A stretch of 64,000 nt of DNA. It comes from Oligoflexales bacterium (GTDB lineage Bacteria; Bdellovibrionota_B; Oligoflexia; Oligoflexales; JAPPIL01). The number at the start of each line of letters is the position of its first letter. The first letter of the stretch is position 1. The stretch covers positions 1,952,001 through 2,016,000 of the forward strand of contig OZ244057.1 of the NCBI GenBank assembly GCA_965215515.1. Reading direction: 5' to 3'. The notes beneath the pieces were generated by a model, which saw only the letters and a list, made by a program, of their open reading frames with translations, did not search any database and was not told the DNA's origin. Below, piece by piece: positions 30,261 to 42,500 of this stretch. The position numbers and the translations under genes are program-made.

Positions 30261-31625
30261 CTACAGGTAGGAAATCTTGATGATCTGGCCTGGATAGATG
30301 TTGGATTTTTTGAGGTTGTTGATCCGCTTGATACTGCGGATGGAGGTGTTGTACTTGCGCGCGATGCGGTAAAGGCTATCGCCGCGCCGCACGCGATGCT
30401 CGATTACCCCCGCGAAGCGGCTACTCTTACGCCGCGGTGTGGATTTGCTGTGGCTCGCAGCAATCTGCAGCAACTGTCCCGCGTAGATGCGACTCCCTCT
30501 GACGTTGTTGGCTAGTCGCAGGGCACGCACCGAGGTGTTAAAACGGCGTGCGATGGCGTAGAGAGAATCACCCTGCCGTACCCGATAATGTCCCTTGACC
30601 TCACGCCCTCGCCACGCACGGACGCGTTTCTTGCTCAGGGCCGCCAGTGTCCGTTGCGACTTCGCCCCCAACATTTTGCAGGCAGACGGCAAACGTAGTT
30701 CGACCACGTGCCGCGGATGCACCAACATACGCCGCACCGCAGGGTTGTGCTCCTTCACCTGCTTGACCGTGCAATCTGCCTGCTGGGCAACTTCGCGCAA
30801 CGAAATATGCGACGGGACACGATAGGGGTGAAAGTTTTGTGTGGCAAAACGGTGCGGCTGGCTCAGGGTGAAACCAAAACGCTTCCGATTGGCCGCGATG
30901 TACATGGCCGCGATAAACTTGGGGACGTAGTTGATCGTCTCGGTGGGGAGAACTTTTTGCTCGACTAATTCAAAAAAATCTCTCGTGTCGCGCCGCATGA
31001 TCGCCCGCAACACCCGTACTTCACCGCTGTTATACGAGGCGATCGCCAACCACCACGATTGATAGACACGGTACAAATCCTGCAAGTAGGAGATGGCCGC
31101 GGCCGTCGCGCGCACTGGGTCCATGCGCTCGTCGAGATACGCATCGATGCGCAGACCATAGTGCCTACCCGTGCGCCGCATGAACTGCCAAATACCGACC
31201 GCGTGTGCCCGCGAGCGAGCCCGATTACGAAAACCACTCTCGATCATCGCCAAATAATAAAGCTCCTTCGGCAAAGCATGCGCTTCCAGCTGTTGCTCGA
31301 TAAAACTGCGGTAATATTCACCACGATTGAGAAAACGTTGAAAACGCTCGTGTTCCCGTACGGTAAAATAATGCAGCCACTTCTTGACCAGCGGATGCTC
31401 GATGTGGGTAAGTGCCTCCGTAAAAAGGTCGGAGAAGACAAGCTCGTCAACCACAGGCGCGGCTGCCGTCTGTACCTCAGACACCGTCGCGGGTACGGTC
31501 ACCCCGTGGTGGGCAAGAGGCACACTCGTAGCCGCAGGTGCATCTATGCGGCCAGTAACAGATGGCGTGTGCATACAGGCAACGCCCACCAACAACAGCA
31601 CGACACAAGGCCACATGACCGTCAT
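30261..31625 (-). CDS. Lytic transglycosylase with two LysM domains (MltD-like lipoprotein)
   Basis: YLAMIESGF, AVGIWQFM, DERMDP, AIASYNSG, ETINYVPK; two VR.GDSLY.IAR repeats. Confidence 0.93.
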   Translation of the reverse strand: MTVMWPCVVLLLVGVACMHTPSVTGRIDAPAATSVPLAHHGVTVPATVSEVQTAAAPVVDELVFSDLFTEALTHIEHPLVKKWLHYFTVREHERFQRFLNRGEYYRSFIEQQLEAHALPKELYYLAMIESGFRNRARSRAHAVGIWQFMRRTGRHYGLRIDAYLDERMDPVRATAAAISYLQDLYRVYQSWWLAIASYNSGEVRVLRAIMRRDTRDFFELVEQKVLPTETINYVPKFIAAMYIAANRKRFGFTLSQPHRFATQNFHPYRVPSHISLREVAQQADCTVKQVKEHNPAVRRMLVHPRHVVELRLPSACKMLGAKSQRTLAALSKKRVRAWRGREVKGHYRVRQGDSLYAIARRFNTSVRALRLANNVRGSRIYAGQLLQIAASHSKSTPRRKSSRFAGVIEHRVRRGDSLYRIARKYNTSIRSIKRINNLKKSNIYPGQIIKISYL

Positions 31626-31763
31626 CTCCCGTGTAGATAGTTTCCGCTTCCATTGTACCAGCAAGCGGAGATAAAAATCTAGTGGGCAACGTGCGGGCTG
31701 TCACAGCCCAGCACATGGAGCATCGCCTTTCGTCTGCCCTATTGCTTGTTTCCTAACTTGTAC

Positions 31764-31792
31764 TTGTCAAAAAATACCAGCGCAGGTATTAC
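31764..31792 (+). promoter_or_regulatory. Sigma70-like promoter for tRNA-Trp-secE-nusG
   Basis: TTGTCA-N17-TATTAC. Confidence 0.5.
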
Positions 31793-31815
31793 CCCCTGAT
31801 CAGGAGGACGTAACG

Positions 31816-31889
31816 AGGCAAGTAGCTCCAATTGGTAGAGCGGTGGATTCCAAATCCACTGGTTGGGGGTTCGAATCCCTCCTTGCCTG
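31816..31889 (+). tRNA. tRNA-Trp(CCA)
   Basis: AGGCAAG/CTTGCCT acceptor stem, GTGGA-TTCCAAA-TCCAC anticodon arm; lies upstream of secE. Confidence 0.96.
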
Positions 31890-31909
31890 TGTAGCAGGGG
31901 AAAGTCGAT

Positions 31910-32290
31910 ATGACTAAGGATGATGGCACGTGGTTGAATATTTGCTACGTCGCCTGTGCGTTGGTTTTCATCTACGTCCTGTGGAAGGGGTTGCATGCAC
32001 TGGGGCTCTTCAGCGGCCTGTTAGATGACTACAGTGATTGGTTCGGCGTGGCCGCGGGGGCAATCAGTGTTGTGGTGGGTGTAGCGATCGTCTACCAGGC
32101 CAGAGGCCAGCGGGAGAATCACGAGTACTATCTCGCCTCGATCGGCGAGTTGCGCAAGGTCACATGGCCGACTTGGCCTGATACAAAGAAAATGACCGTT
32201 ATCGTGGTAATCGTTGTCGGGATTTTTTCCGCCATTCTCGCGGTCTTCGATCTTGGCTTCGCCTGGCTGTTGAACAAAATAATCGCCTGA
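31910..32290 (+). CDS. secE: Preprotein translocase subunit SecE (three-TM form)
   Basis: ELRKVTWPT motif; position between tRNA-Trp and nusG. Confidence 0.93.
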   Translation: MTKDDGTWLNICYVACALVFIYVLWKGLHALGLFSGLLDDYSDWFGVAAGAISVVVGVAIVYQARGQRENHEYYLASIGELRKVTWPTWPDTKKMTVIVVIVVGIFSAILAVFDLGFAWLLNKIIA

Positions 32291-32302
32291 ACAGGGAAAC
32301 AC

Positions 32303-32851
32303 ATGAGCGAACTCAAGTGGTATGTGGTGCACACGCATTCTGGTTGTGAGGGCAAGGCGAGGCTCGCCCTGCAGGAACGCATCGCGCGTAACGACATGTC
32401 CCACCTGATTCCAGAAATCTACGTGCCCATCACCGCAGTCGAAAAGCTTACCGAGGGCGGCAAGAAAAAAACCCAAGAACGCACCCTCTACCCTGGCTAT
32501 ATCCTTGTCAAGATGGCCTACACGCTGGAGACTCGCCGACTGGTGACAGGCACACCGCGCATCAACGGTTTTGTGGGCAGTTCGACACATCCAAAACCCA
32601 TCTCCGAACAAGAAGTGCTGCGTCTCACCACCCGCGGCGAGGAGGGCGCAGAAGGCGAGGATCAGACGCAAATCAGAACGTTTTTCGATAAAGGCGAGAC
32701 CGTCAAAATCAACGAAGGCCCCTTCGCTAACTTTAACGGTACAGTCGATGAAGTGCGCCCTGACAAAATGAAGCTGCGCGTGCTGGTCAGCATCTTCGGA
32801 CGCGAAACACCCGTCGAACTCGATTTCAACCAAGTGGAGAAAATCGGCTAG
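32303..32851 (+). CDS. nusG: Transcription termination/antitermination factor NusG
   Basis: [33 protein letters not shown]. Confidence 0.98.
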   Translation: MSELKWYVVHTHSGCEGKARLALQERIARNDMSHLIPEIYVPITAVEKLTEGGKKKTQERTLYPGYILVKMAYTLETRRLVTGTPRINGFVGSSTHPKPISEQEVLRLTTRGEEGAEGEDQTQIRTFFDKGETVKINEGPFANFNGTVDEVRPDKMKLRVLVSIFGRETPVELDFNQVEKIG

Positions 32852-32962
32852 CATCCCACGTTCATGGTTAGCCCTGGCCTTTCCGTCCCCGCCGACACAC
32901 CTAGAAAAACGGCGTTGCTAGCTGACTTGCTAGCGAAAGCAAAAAATTGCATCGATCTACCC

Positions 32963-32990
32963 TTGACAATTTTTTCCCCGCGTATAGACT
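32963..32990 (+). promoter_or_regulatory. Sigma70 promoter of the rplK operon
   Basis: TTGACA-N16-TAGACT, followed by hairpin GACCCGTC...GACGGGTC at 32991-33019. Confidence 0.65.
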
Positions 32991-33094
32991 GACCCGTCTT
33001 GTCGTGTGGCGGACGGGTCGGGGTGGTCTTCAATCACAAGTCGGTGTAGGTGTATGGTGGGTAGGCCCAGCTCAGCGCGTCTGGTAGGTTGACG

Positions 33095-33520
33095 ATGGCA
33101 AAGAAGGTTACGGGTTTCATCAAGTTACAGATCCCCGCGGGCAAGGCGGCTCCCGCGCCACCCATCGGCCCCGCCCTCGGACAGCGGGGAGTCAATATCA
33201 TGGCGTTCTGCAAGGATTTTAACGCCCGCACGCAGAAGCAGGAGGGCGAGATTCTTCCGACGATCATCACCGTCTATTCTGACAAATCCTTCAGTTTTGT
33301 CACAAAGAGCCCGCCTGCTGCGGAACTGCTCAAGAAAGCCGTCGGCCTCGCCAAAGGCTCGCCGACACCAGGCAGCGGCACGAGTGGTAAGATAAGCAAG
33401 GAGCAGATTCTGGTGATTGCCCGCCGCAAACGCGCCGATCTGAACGCCCGTGACGAAGAGGGTGCCGCCCGCATTATCGCAGGCACAGCACGCAGTATGG
33501 GACTGGAAATTGCCGAGTAG
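33095..33520 (+). CDS. rplK: 50S ribosomal protein L11
   Basis: [36 protein letters not shown]. Confidence 0.98.
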   Translation: MAKKVTGFIKLQIPAGKAAPAPPIGPALGQRGVNIMAFCKDFNARTQKQEGEILPTIITVYSDKSFSFVTKSPPAAELLKKAVGLAKGSPTPGSGTSGKISKEQILVIARRKRADLNARDEEGAARIIAGTARSMGLEIAE

Positions 33521-33536
33521 GCTAGAGGACAGGAGC

Positions 33537-34229
33537 ATGGCCAGGTCAAAAAAATACAAACAAGCCGTCAAGAGCGTGGAGCGCAACCGCCTTTACGAGC
33601 TGGAAGAGGCAGTCGAGCTGGTCAAAAGGGTGTCCTGCACCGCGTTTGATGGCAGTGTCGATCTGGCCGTAAACCTCGGCGTTGACCCGCGTCACGCCGA
33701 CCAGAACGTGCGCGGCGCGGTGTCGCTGCCACACGGCTTGGGACGTAAAGTGCGAGTGCTCGTTTTCGCCAAAGGGGAGAAAGCGGCCGAAGCAGAACAG
33801 AGCGGGGCTGATTATGTCGGCAGTGACGAGCTCGCCACCAAAGTGAACGACGGCTGGCTCGCCTTCGATCGTGTCGTCGCCACCCCCGACATGATGAAAC
33901 TAGTGGGCAAACTCGGCCGTATCCTCGGTCCCCGCGGTCTGATGCCCAACCCCAAGCTCGGCACGGTTACCTTCGAGATCGCCAAAGCGATCCGTGAGTT
34001 GAAGGCAGGACGTGCCGAATTCAAATGCGATAAAGCGGGTATCATCCACACCTCCGCGGGTCGGATCGGTTTTCCTCCCGCCGAGTTGGTCGCTAACATC
34101 ACCGCCATCATCGACGAACTGCTGCGCTTGAAACCAGCAGCGGCGAAGGCTACTTACCTGAGACGAATCGCCATCGCCCCCACGATGGGGCCAGGGGTGG
34201 CCATCAACCCGCTACGCTTCAGGAGATAA
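33537..34229 (+). CDS. rplA: 50S ribosomal protein L1
   Basis: LGVDPRHADQNVRG, LGPRGLMPNPK, TMGPG; AGGAG RBS. Confidence 0.98.
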   Translation: MARSKKYKQAVKSVERNRLYELEEAVELVKRVSCTAFDGSVDLAVNLGVDPRHADQNVRGAVSLPHGLGRKVRVLVFAKGEKAAEAEQSGADYVGSDELATKVNDGWLAFDRVVATPDMMKLVGKLGRILGPRGLMPNPKLGTVTFEIAKAIRELKAGRAEFKCDKAGIIHTSAGRIGFPPAELVANITAIIDELLRLKPAAAKATYLRRIAIAPTMGPGVAINPLRFRR

Positions 34230-34231
34230 CT

Positions 34232-34759
34232 GTGAATGCAGCCGAGAAAAGAGAGGTAGTCGAACAACTGAACGAACGCATGCAGCGTGCCCGTGCCTGC
34301 GTTCTGGCAGAATACAAAGGCCTGACTGTCGCTGACCTCACCGCTCTGCGCCGCAGCCTCGATGCCCACACCGCTGAATTCAAAATTGCCAAAAATCGCC
34401 TGACAAGGATAGCGGTCGCAAGCAGCGCTGAATTCGCCCCGCTCCGCGAACATCTGCGTGGCCCTACGGGTGTCGCGTGGCTCTACGGCGATCTCGCCCA
34501 AGGCATCAAGCAAGTGCTCGATTTTCAGAAAGAACACGAGGATTTTAAGATAAAAACCGCCGTCATGCAAGGTACTGCGCTGAGCCCCGCCGAAATGCAG
34601 GAGATAGCCAGCCTGCCGAGTAAAGAGGTGCTGCTGGCACGCCTCCTCGGCACGCTGATCGCTCCGCATAGGAACTTGCTGAGCGTGTTGCAAGGTGTCC
34701 CCCGTGCTCTGGTGGTACTGCTGGGCGCATGGCAAGAAAAAAAGGAAAAATTGCCTTGA
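34232..34759 (+). CDS. rplJ: 50S ribosomal protein L10
   Basis: YKGLTV...LR...KNRL...GPT...LPSKEVLLA. Confidence 0.95.
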   Translation: MNAAEKREVVEQLNERMQRARACVLAEYKGLTVADLTALRRSLDAHTAEFKIAKNRLTRIAVASSAEFAPLREHLRGPTGVAWLYGDLAQGIKQVLDFQKEHEDFKIKTAVMQGTALSPAEMQEIASLPSKEVLLARLLGTLIAPHRNLLSVLQGVPRALVVLLGAWQEKKEKLP

Positions 34760-34842
34760 ACGAACAGAACAACACTGCCGTGCTTCGCACGAGAGGTCGC
34801 GGCATCGTTACGTCTTTCCATAGCTATTGAAGGAGTCTGATC

Positions 34843-35229
34843 ATGGCGGAAGTGTCTAAAGAACAAGTGGTGGCTTTCCTGGAAAACCTGACTCTGCTCG
34901 AAGCCGCACAGCTGGTGAAGGAGCTGGAGGAGAAATTCGGTGTCAGCGCGCAAGCACCCGTAGCAGTCGCCGCCGCGGGCGGCGATGGCGGTGAAGCCGC
35001 GGCTGCCGCAGAAGAGAAGACCGAGTTCACGATTGTGCTAAAATCTTTTGGCGACAAGAAAATTAACGTCATCAAGGAGGTACGCACCATCACAGGTCTC
35101 GGCCTGAAAGAAGCCAAAGAACTAGTCGAAGGAGCTCCCAAGAACGTGCGCGAAGGTGTGAGCAAAGAAGAGGCAGACAAAATCAAAACCGCACTGGAAA
35201 AAGCTGGAGCTGAGGTCGAAGTAAAGTAG
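34843..35229 (+). CDS. rplL: 50S ribosomal protein L7/L12
   Basis: [34 protein letters not shown]. Confidence 0.98.
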   Translation: MAEVSKEQVVAFLENLTLLEAAQLVKELEEKFGVSAQAPVAVAAAGGDGGEAAAAAEEKTEFTIVLKSFGDKKINVIKEVRTITGLGLKEAKELVEGAPKNVREGVSKEEADKIKTALEKAGAEVEVK

Positions 35230-35375
35230 CGACGGAGCTAGCCCGCTTCTAGCCTCAGGTGCGAATAGAGCGCAGGGGTGTTTTTGTGCTGTTGCCGCTG
35301 GGCAAAAGTGTTTGATTCGGGTTAAAATGGTCTTGAGGAATTCCTTTTGTGTCTGAAAACAGGAGCAGGAAATAT

Positions 35376-38300
35376 ATGGCTTCCCTAGGAGCGAGCTGTG
35401 TGCGTCCGCGTAAAGTCTACAGTTCCATCCCCGACCTGGCGGAGATACCCTACCTAATCGAAATCCAAAAGGACAGCTACGATGCTTTTCTGCAAATGGA
35501 TGTGCCCCACGAACAACGTGTCGACACAGGGTTGCAAGCTGTTTTCAACTCCGTCTTTCCCATTCGTGATTTCGCGGAAACTGCTTCGGTGGAATACGTC
35601 AGTTACAACTTCGAGAAACCTAAATACTCGGTAACTGATTGTCAGCAACGGGGCATGAGCTATGCAGCACCGCTGAAGGTCGTCATCCGCCTCGTCATCT
35701 GGGACACCGATAAAGAATCTAAAGTTCGCAGTATCCGTGATGTCAAGGAACAGGAAGTCTATTTCGGTGAGATTCCGATGATGACCGATAACGGCACGTT
35801 CATCATCAACGGCATCGAGCGGGTGGTTGTTTCGCAACTGCATCGCTCGTCGGGGGTGTTCTTCGATCACAATCGCGTCGCGGGGTCAGCATCGGGGCGT
35901 ATCAGTTACTCGGCACGCATAATTCCCTACCGTGGCAGTTGGCTCGATTTCGAGTTCGACAACAAAGACATCCTCTTCGTACGGATCGACCGCCGTCGCA
36001 AGATCCATGTCACTACTATGCTGAAAGCGATGGGCTACAACGATGCACAACTGCTCGATCGTTTTTATCAGCGCGAACTGATCCGTATCGAAGACGGCAA
36101 ATTTGAACGTAAATTGAACTTCACCTTGATTCGTGGCCAGCGTGCCACCAGCGATATCGTCGATCCCCAAACGGGGCGGGTCTTCGTCAAGCGCAATCGT
36201 CGTATTTCGCTAGAAGCCATCAAGCAACTACGAGAGGCGGGAGTTGAGTATCAGCCCATCGAGCAGTCGGAGCTCGACGGTAAGATTGTCGTCGCAGAAA
36301 TTCGTGATGCGAAGGGCGAGCTGGTGGTTGCCGTCAACGAAGAATTGAACGAGAACGTGCTCAAGCGCATCGTGCAGAGCAGAGTGACCGAGTTCTCTAT
36401 CTTGTTCATCGATGGCACAAACGTCGATGCCTCTTTCCGCAACACTTTGCTGACCGACAGCGTCGGAGGGAAAGAAGAGGCATTGTTGGAAATTTACAAA
36501 CGTCTGCGTCCTGGCGACCCACCCACGTCAGAAGCGGCAACCATCGTCTTCGGCAACCTGTTCTTCAATCCCGATCGCTATGATTTAAGTGCCGTCGGCC
36601 GCATGAAAATCAACGAACGACTCGGTCTCGACATTTCGCTCGAAAAACGCACACTCGACGAAGAAGACATCTTTGCCACCATTGCCTACTTGCTCAAACT
36701 TAAACTCGGCAACGGCGAAATCGACGACATCGACAATCTCGGTAACCGTCGCGTACGTGCCGTCGGGGAACTGCTGGAAAACCAATACCGTATCGGTTTG
36801 CTGCGTATCGAGCGGGCGGTACGGGAACGTCTGCAACTGCACGATGTCGATTCGCTCCTCCCGCACGACTTCATCAACAACAAACCCGCCTCCGCAGTGG
36901 TGCGGGAATTTTTCGGCGGCTCGCAGCTCAGTCAATTCATGGATCAGACCAATCCGTTGTCGGAGGTCACGCACAAACGCCGCCTTTCGGCACTAGGGCC
37001 TGGCGGTCTCAGCCGCGAGCGGGCGGGTTTTGAAGTGCGCGATGTCCACCCTACCCACTACGGACGTATCTGTCCTGTCGAAACCCCTGAAGGCCCCAAC
37101 ATCGGTCTCATCTCCTCGCTCGCGACCTATGCACGGGTCAACCGTTTTGGCTTTATCGAAACTCCCTACCGTGAACTGCGCACTGCCGACGGCAAGACGC
37201 AGATCAAGTACTACACCGCTACCGAGGAGCACGACAATCATGTCGTCGCCCAATCTTCGATCGCCGATGACGTGTCCCCCGATACCCTGATCGGAGCACG
37301 ACGTAGCGGTGAGGGTGAGATCGTGCGCGCGGACGAGGCCGACATCGCCGATGTCTCGACTTCACAGCTGGTCTCGGTCGCGGCATCGTTGATTCCCTTT
37401 TTGCAAAACGACGATGCCAACCGTGCCTTGATGGGCTCGAACATGCAGCGCCAGGCTGTGCCTTTGCTGAAAACACGTGCTCCGCTGGTCGGCACAGGCA
37501 TGGAGTGGGTGGTGGCGCGCGACTCGGGTGCCTCGGTGGTCGCCCGCCGTGACGGGGAAGTGGTCGCGGTCGATGCCCGACGCATCGTGGTTAGAACAAG
37601 CGCTGAAGGAGGTGATGTCACCGAAGTGGGCACCGAGGTCGATATATATCATCTGGAAAAATACAAACGCTCCAACCTCGATACCTGCATCAACCAGAAA
37701 CCTATCGTGCAGCAAGGTGAGCGAGTGTTCAAGGGTGATATTATCGGCGACGGTTTTGCCACCGAGATGGGTGAATTGGCCTTGGGGCAGAACGTTGTGG
37801 TCGCTTTCATGCCGTGGAACGGCTACAACTTTGAGGACTCTGTTCTTATCTCCGAGCGGGTGGTCAAGGAAGATCTCTATACCAGCATTCACATTCAAGA
37901 ATTCGAGTGTATTTCTCGCGATACCAAGCTCGGACAGGAGGAGATTACCGCCGACATTCCTAACGTCGGGGAAGATGCGCTCAGCGATCTCGACGAGTCA
38001 GGGATTATTCGGGTAGGAGCGGAAGTCGAGCCGAACGATCTTCTGGTCGGAAAAATTACCCCGAAAGGCGAGACACAGCTGTCGCCAGAGGAAAAACTGC
38101 TGCGGGCTATCTTCGGCGAGAAAGCGGGCGATGTGCGCGATACGTCGTTGCGTGTTCCCCCTGGGGTGAGCGGTACGGTTATCGGGGCGAAGATTTTTTC
38201 CCGCGAGGGGGCGGAGAAGAGTGAGCGTAGCATTCAGTTAGAAGAGGCGGAGATCGCGCGGCTCGACAAAAACGAGAAGGACAAGATCGACATCATCAAA

Positions 38301-39506
38301 AACTCGGCACAGGCACGCATCGTCGCCGCCGCACAGGGTGAGAAACTGGCCGCTGATCTGGGCGGGCGAGACAACAAAATCGTCGTCCCGAAAGGTGTGC
38401 GTGTCGATCACGCCATGCTCGACAAAGCTGGTTACCTCAATTGGGAAAGAATCACGGTCGGTGATGTCGACAAGAATGCCAAAATTCAAAAAACCGTGCA
38501 AAGCCTCAAAGAGAAAATCAACCTGATTCGTTTTGAGACAGAAGAAGACCGCAAGAAAATCAAAAAAGGCGATGCGTTACCGCCAGGTGTGATCTGTATG
38601 GTGAAGATCTACATCGCCATCAAGCGCAAGTTATCGGTAGGCGACAAGATGGCAGGTAGGCATGGCAACAAGGGAGTTGTGTCACGCATTATGCCAGAGG
38701 AGGACATGCCTTATCTGGCGGACGGGCGGCCTGTCGATGTCGTGCTAAATCCCCTCGGTGTGCCGTCACGCATGAACGTCGGGCAGATTCTCGAAACGCA
38801 TCTCGGATGGGCGGCGAAGAGTCTCGGCGAAAAACTCAACCGTATGCTCGCAAACAACAAGCGTGAGGAGTTGGAGAAGTTCGCTTTTGCGGTGTGGGAG
38901 GACGACAAGGAGATTTGCGAGTTCATCACACAGAGCGATGACGAGGAGCTGAGGAAATTTATCCACAAGTATCGGGAAGGCACGCATTTTGCTAACCCAG
39001 TCTTCGACGGCGCAAGCGAGCAGGATATTAGGCGTGTGTCGGAGTTGGCTGGTCAGAGCACCGATGGACAGGTCGATCTTTACGATGGCCTGACAGGGCA
39101 GAGATTCGACAAGCGCGTCACGGTAGGGGTGATGTATATGCTGAAACTGCATCACCTTGTCGATGAGAAGATCCACGCGCGTTCGATCGGGCCTTATTCG
39201 TTGGTAACGCAGCAGCCGCTAGGCGGTAAGGCTCAGTTTGGGGGGCAACGTCTCGGTGAGATGGAGGTGTGGGCGATGGAAGCTTACGGTGCTGCACACA
39301 CCTTGCAGGAGTTTTTAACCGTAAAATCAGACGACGTGCTCGGTCGTACCCGCATGTATGAGTCGATCGTCAAGGGGCAGAATCTCATGACCCCAGGTTT
39401 ACCAGAGAGTTTCAATGTTTTGATCAAGGAGTTGCAGAGTCTTGGTTTGGAGGTGAAGCTTATTCGTGGCGACGAGCAGATCGAGTTGGATGCGCTCGAT
39501 GCGTAA
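35376..39506 (+). CDS. rpoB: RNA polymerase beta subunit
   Basis: [42 protein letters not shown]. Confidence 0.99.
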   Translation: MASLGASCVRPRKVYSSIPDLAEIPYLIEIQKDSYDAFLQMDVPHEQRVDTGLQAVFNSVFPIRDFAETASVEYVSYNFEKPKYSVTDCQQRGMSYAAPLKVVIRLVIWDTDKESKVRSIRDVKEQEVYFGEIPMMTDNGTFIINGIERVVVSQLHRSSGVFFDHNRVAGSASGRISYSARIIPYRGSWLDFEFDNKDILFVRIDRRRKIHVTTMLKAMGYNDAQLLDRFYQRELIRIEDGKFERKLNFTLIRGQRATSDIVDPQTGRVFVKRNRRISLEAIKQLREAGVEYQPIEQSELDGKIVVAEIRDAKGELVVAVNEELNENVLKRIVQSRVTEFSILFIDGTNVDASFRNTLLTDSVGGKEEALLEIYKRLRPGDPPTSEAATIVFGNLFFNPDRYDLSAVGRMKINERLGLDISLEKRTLDEEDIFATIAYLLKLKLGNGEIDDIDNLGNRRVRAVGELLENQYRIGLLRIERAVRERLQLHDVDSLLPHDFINNKPASAVVREFFGGSQLSQFMDQTNPLSEVTHKRRLSALGPGGLSRERAGFEVRDVHPTHYGRICPVETPEGPNIGLISSLATYARVNRFGFIETPYRELRTADGKTQIKYYTATEEHDNHVVAQSSIADDVSPDTLIGARRSGEGEIVRADEADIADVSTSQLVSVAASLIPFLQNDDANRALMGSNMQRQAVPLLKTRAPLVGTGMEWVVARDSGASVVARRDGEVVAVDARRIVVRTSAEGGDVTEVGTEVDIYHLEKYKRSNLDTCINQKPIVQQGERVFKGDIIGDGFATEMGELALGQNVVVAFMPWNGYNFEDSVLISERVVKEDLYTSIHIQEFECISRDTKLGQEEITADIPNVGEDALSDLDESGIIRVGAEVEPNDLLVGKITPKGETQLSPEEKLLRAIFGEKAGDVRDTSLRVPPGVSGTVIGAKIFSREGAEKSERSIQLEEAEIARLDKNEKDKIDIIKNSAQARIVAAAQGEKLAADLGGRDNKIVVPKGVRVDHAMLDKAGYLNWERITVGDVDKNAKIQKTVQSLKEKINLIRFETEEDRKKIKKGDALPPGVICMVKIYIAIKRKLSVGDKMAGRHGNKGVVSRIMPEEDMPYLADGRPVDVVLNPLGVPSRMNVGQILETHLGWAAKSLGEKLNRMLANNKREELEKFAFAVWEDDKEICEFITQSDDEELRKFIHKYREGTHFANPVFDGASEQDIRRVSELAGQSTDGQVDLYDGLTGQRFDKRVTVGVMYMLKLHHLVDEKIHARSIGPYSLVTQQPLGGKAQFGGQRLGEMEVWAMEAYGAAHTLQEFLTVKSDDVLGRTRMYESIVKGQNLMTPGLPESFNVLIKELQSLGLEVKLIRGDEQIELDALDA

Positions 39507-39551
39507 CGTTTCGTTGCTTGAACATCGTGTATTTCTGGGGTTGGAGTTACT

Positions 39552-42500
39552 TTGAAAGACTTGCTCAATTTTTTTGAAAAGCCGACTAATCCTTTGTCCT
39601 TCAATGCCATTCGTATTGCCATCGCTTCCCCTGAAAAGGTACGGAGCTGGTCGTATGGCGAGGTGAAAAAACCAGAAACGATCAACTATCGCACCTTCAA
39701 ACCAGAGCGCGGTGGGTTGTTTTGCGCTAAAATTTTCGGCCCTGTGCGCGATTTTGAGTGTATCTGCGGCAAGTATAAGCGCATGAAGCACCGCGGCATT
39801 GTCTGCGACAAGTGTGGAGTAGAGGTCATTCATTCCAAGGTGCGGCGTGAGCGGTTGGGGCATATCAATCTAGCCACACCTGTCGCACATATTTGGTTTT
39901 TGAAATCTTTACCGTCACGTATCGGCGGGATACTTGACATTCAATTGAAGGATATCGAGCGTATTCTCTACAGCGAGGCGTGGGTGGTGCTCGATGCAGG
40001 TGATACCGAACGCACAGGATTGGTGGTAGGGCAGGTGCTCGACGAGGAAGAATACGAAGACTTGCTCAAGGATCTTGGTAACGGGGCGTTTCGGGTCGGA
40101 GGTGGGGCTGAGGCGTTGCAGGAGTTGTTGTCGAGTTTGCACATCGAGCAGATCGCCGATGAGTTGCGGGAGGGTCTCGCGGCTGCGACTTCGGAGACGC
40201 AAAAAAAGAAACTGCAAAAACGCTTGAAGATCATCGATGCACTCAACAAGTACGACGACGACGGCAACTTGCTGGTGCGGCCTGAGTGGATGATGTTGAG
40301 TGTAATTCCTGTGTTACCGCCTGATTTGCGTCCTCTTGTGCCTCTTGAGGGCGGGCGGTTTGCCACCTCTGATCTCAATGACCTCTATCGGCGGGTGATC
40401 AATCGCAACAATCGTTTGTTGCGGCTGATCAGTTTGAATGCACCTGATATTATTGTGCGTAATGAGAAGCGCATGTTGCAGGAGGCGGTCGATGCGTTGT
40501 TTGACAACGGCAGGCGTGGCAAGGTGTTTACGGGGCCGAATAAGCGTCCGCTGCGTTCGTTGTCGGACATGTTGAAAGGCAAACAGGGACGTTTTCGCCA
40601 GAATCTGCTCGGTAAACGGGTTGATTACTCGGGGCGTTCAGCGATCGTTGTCGGGCCTGATCTAAAACTGCATCAGTGTGGTTTACCGAAAAAGATTGCT
40701 ATCGAGTTATTCAAACCTTTTCTTTACAACAAGCTTGAGGAGCACGGGATCGTTTCGACCATCAAGAGTGCGCGCAAGTTGGTGGAGAAGGAACACCCAG
40801 AGGTGTGGGATATTCTTGAAGAAATCACACGGGAGCATCCTGTCTTGCTCAACCGTGCACCGACGTTGCACCGTCTTGGCATCCAGGCGTTTGAACCTGT
40901 GTTGATTGAGGGCAAAGCGATTCAACTGCATCCGCTGGTATGTTTTGCTTTTAACGCAGACTTCGACGGTGATCAGATGGCGGTGCATGTGCCTTTGTCG
41001 ATCGAGGCACAGATGGAGGCACGGGTGTTGATGATGTCCACCAACAATATCTTGAGTCCTGCTTCAGGCTCGCCAGTGATTGTGCCGTCGCAGGACATCG
41101 TGCTGGGTATTTACTACTTAACACGTGAAGATATTGGGGCGCGGGGGGCGGGGCGGATTTTTTCCAGTCCTTCGGAGGTGCGGGTAGCTTACGACCATGA
41201 TCAGATCGCTTTGCAAGCTCCTATCAAGGTGCGTTTCCGCAATGCCACGCTGAAGACGACGGTAGGGCGGATTTTGTTATCGGAAATATTGCCGCCTGAG
41301 GTACATTTTCGCCACATCAACAAGACGATGGGCAAGAAGGAGCTGGCGTATTTGATCGATGTGACTTTTCGCCGCTGCGGGCACAAGAAGACGGTGATGC
41401 TTGCCGATGCTTTGCGTTCCAATGGTTTTCGCTACTCGACGACGGCGGGTTTGTCGATTTCGATCAATGACATGGTAATTCCTGACGAAAAGGAAAAACT
41501 ACTCGGAGAAGCTTACAACGAGGTCAAAAACATCAAAGAGCAGTATTCGGAAGGTTTATTGACGGAGGGCGAGCGTTACAACAAGGTAATCGACATTTGG
41601 GCGAAGGTGACGGAGAACATCGCCAACTCGATGTTCAGCAATATTGCCTTGATGGAACGTGCTGATCACAAAGGTAAAAAACATCAAGTGCCGAGCGCCA
41701 ATTCTATTTTTATGATGGCTGATTCGGGTGCACGTGGTTCTGCGCAGCAGATTCGTCAGCTCGCGGGGATGCGTGGCTTGATGTCAAAACCATCGGGGGA
41801 AATTATTGAGACTCCGATCACGGCTAATTTTCGGGAAGGTTTGAGTGTGTTGGAGTATTTTACTTCGACGCACGGAGCGCGCAAGGGTTTGGCGGATACA
41901 GCTTTGAAGACTGCTGGGTCAGGTTACTTGACGCGTCGCTTGGTGGATGTGGCACAGGATTCGATCATCGCCGAGTATGATTGTGGCACGAGCAAGGGTG
42001 TCAACATCATGCCTGTGCGTGAGGGCGGTGAGATACGTGAGCCGCTGGGGCAGAAATTGTTGGGGCGCACGTTGTGTGTTGATTTGAAAGACCCGCACAC
42101 GGGTGAGGTGATTGTCGCGGCGGGTGAGATGGCCAGCGAGGCGGATGCCGAACGGGTCGATACCTGTCAGGTGGAGGTTGCCACTATTCGTTCGGTGTTA
42201 ACCTGTGAGTTGCGGCGAGGGGCGTGTGCCAAGTGCTACGGGCGTGATCTCGGTTCAGGACGTTTGATTAATGTCGGTGAGGCAATCGGTGTCATCGCCG
42301 CGCAGTCCATTGGCGAACCAGGCACGCAGTTGACAATGCGCACTTTTCACTTCGGGGGCACGGCGACGCATAAGGTAGAAACAAATACGTTGGAGTCGTG
42401 TTTCTCTGGCAAGGCGAGGTTTCACAATCTGCCCACGGTGAAGAACAGGGATGGTGTTTTGATCGCTATCAGTCGCAATGGCGAGATCCGTATTGAGGGA

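Noticed and set aside
32021..32854. 277-aa minus-strand ORF
   Set aside because: Antisense shadow of secE-nusG.
36915..37010. Rifampicin-resistance substitutions in RpoB
   Set aside because: Cluster I reads as the usual sensitive sequence.
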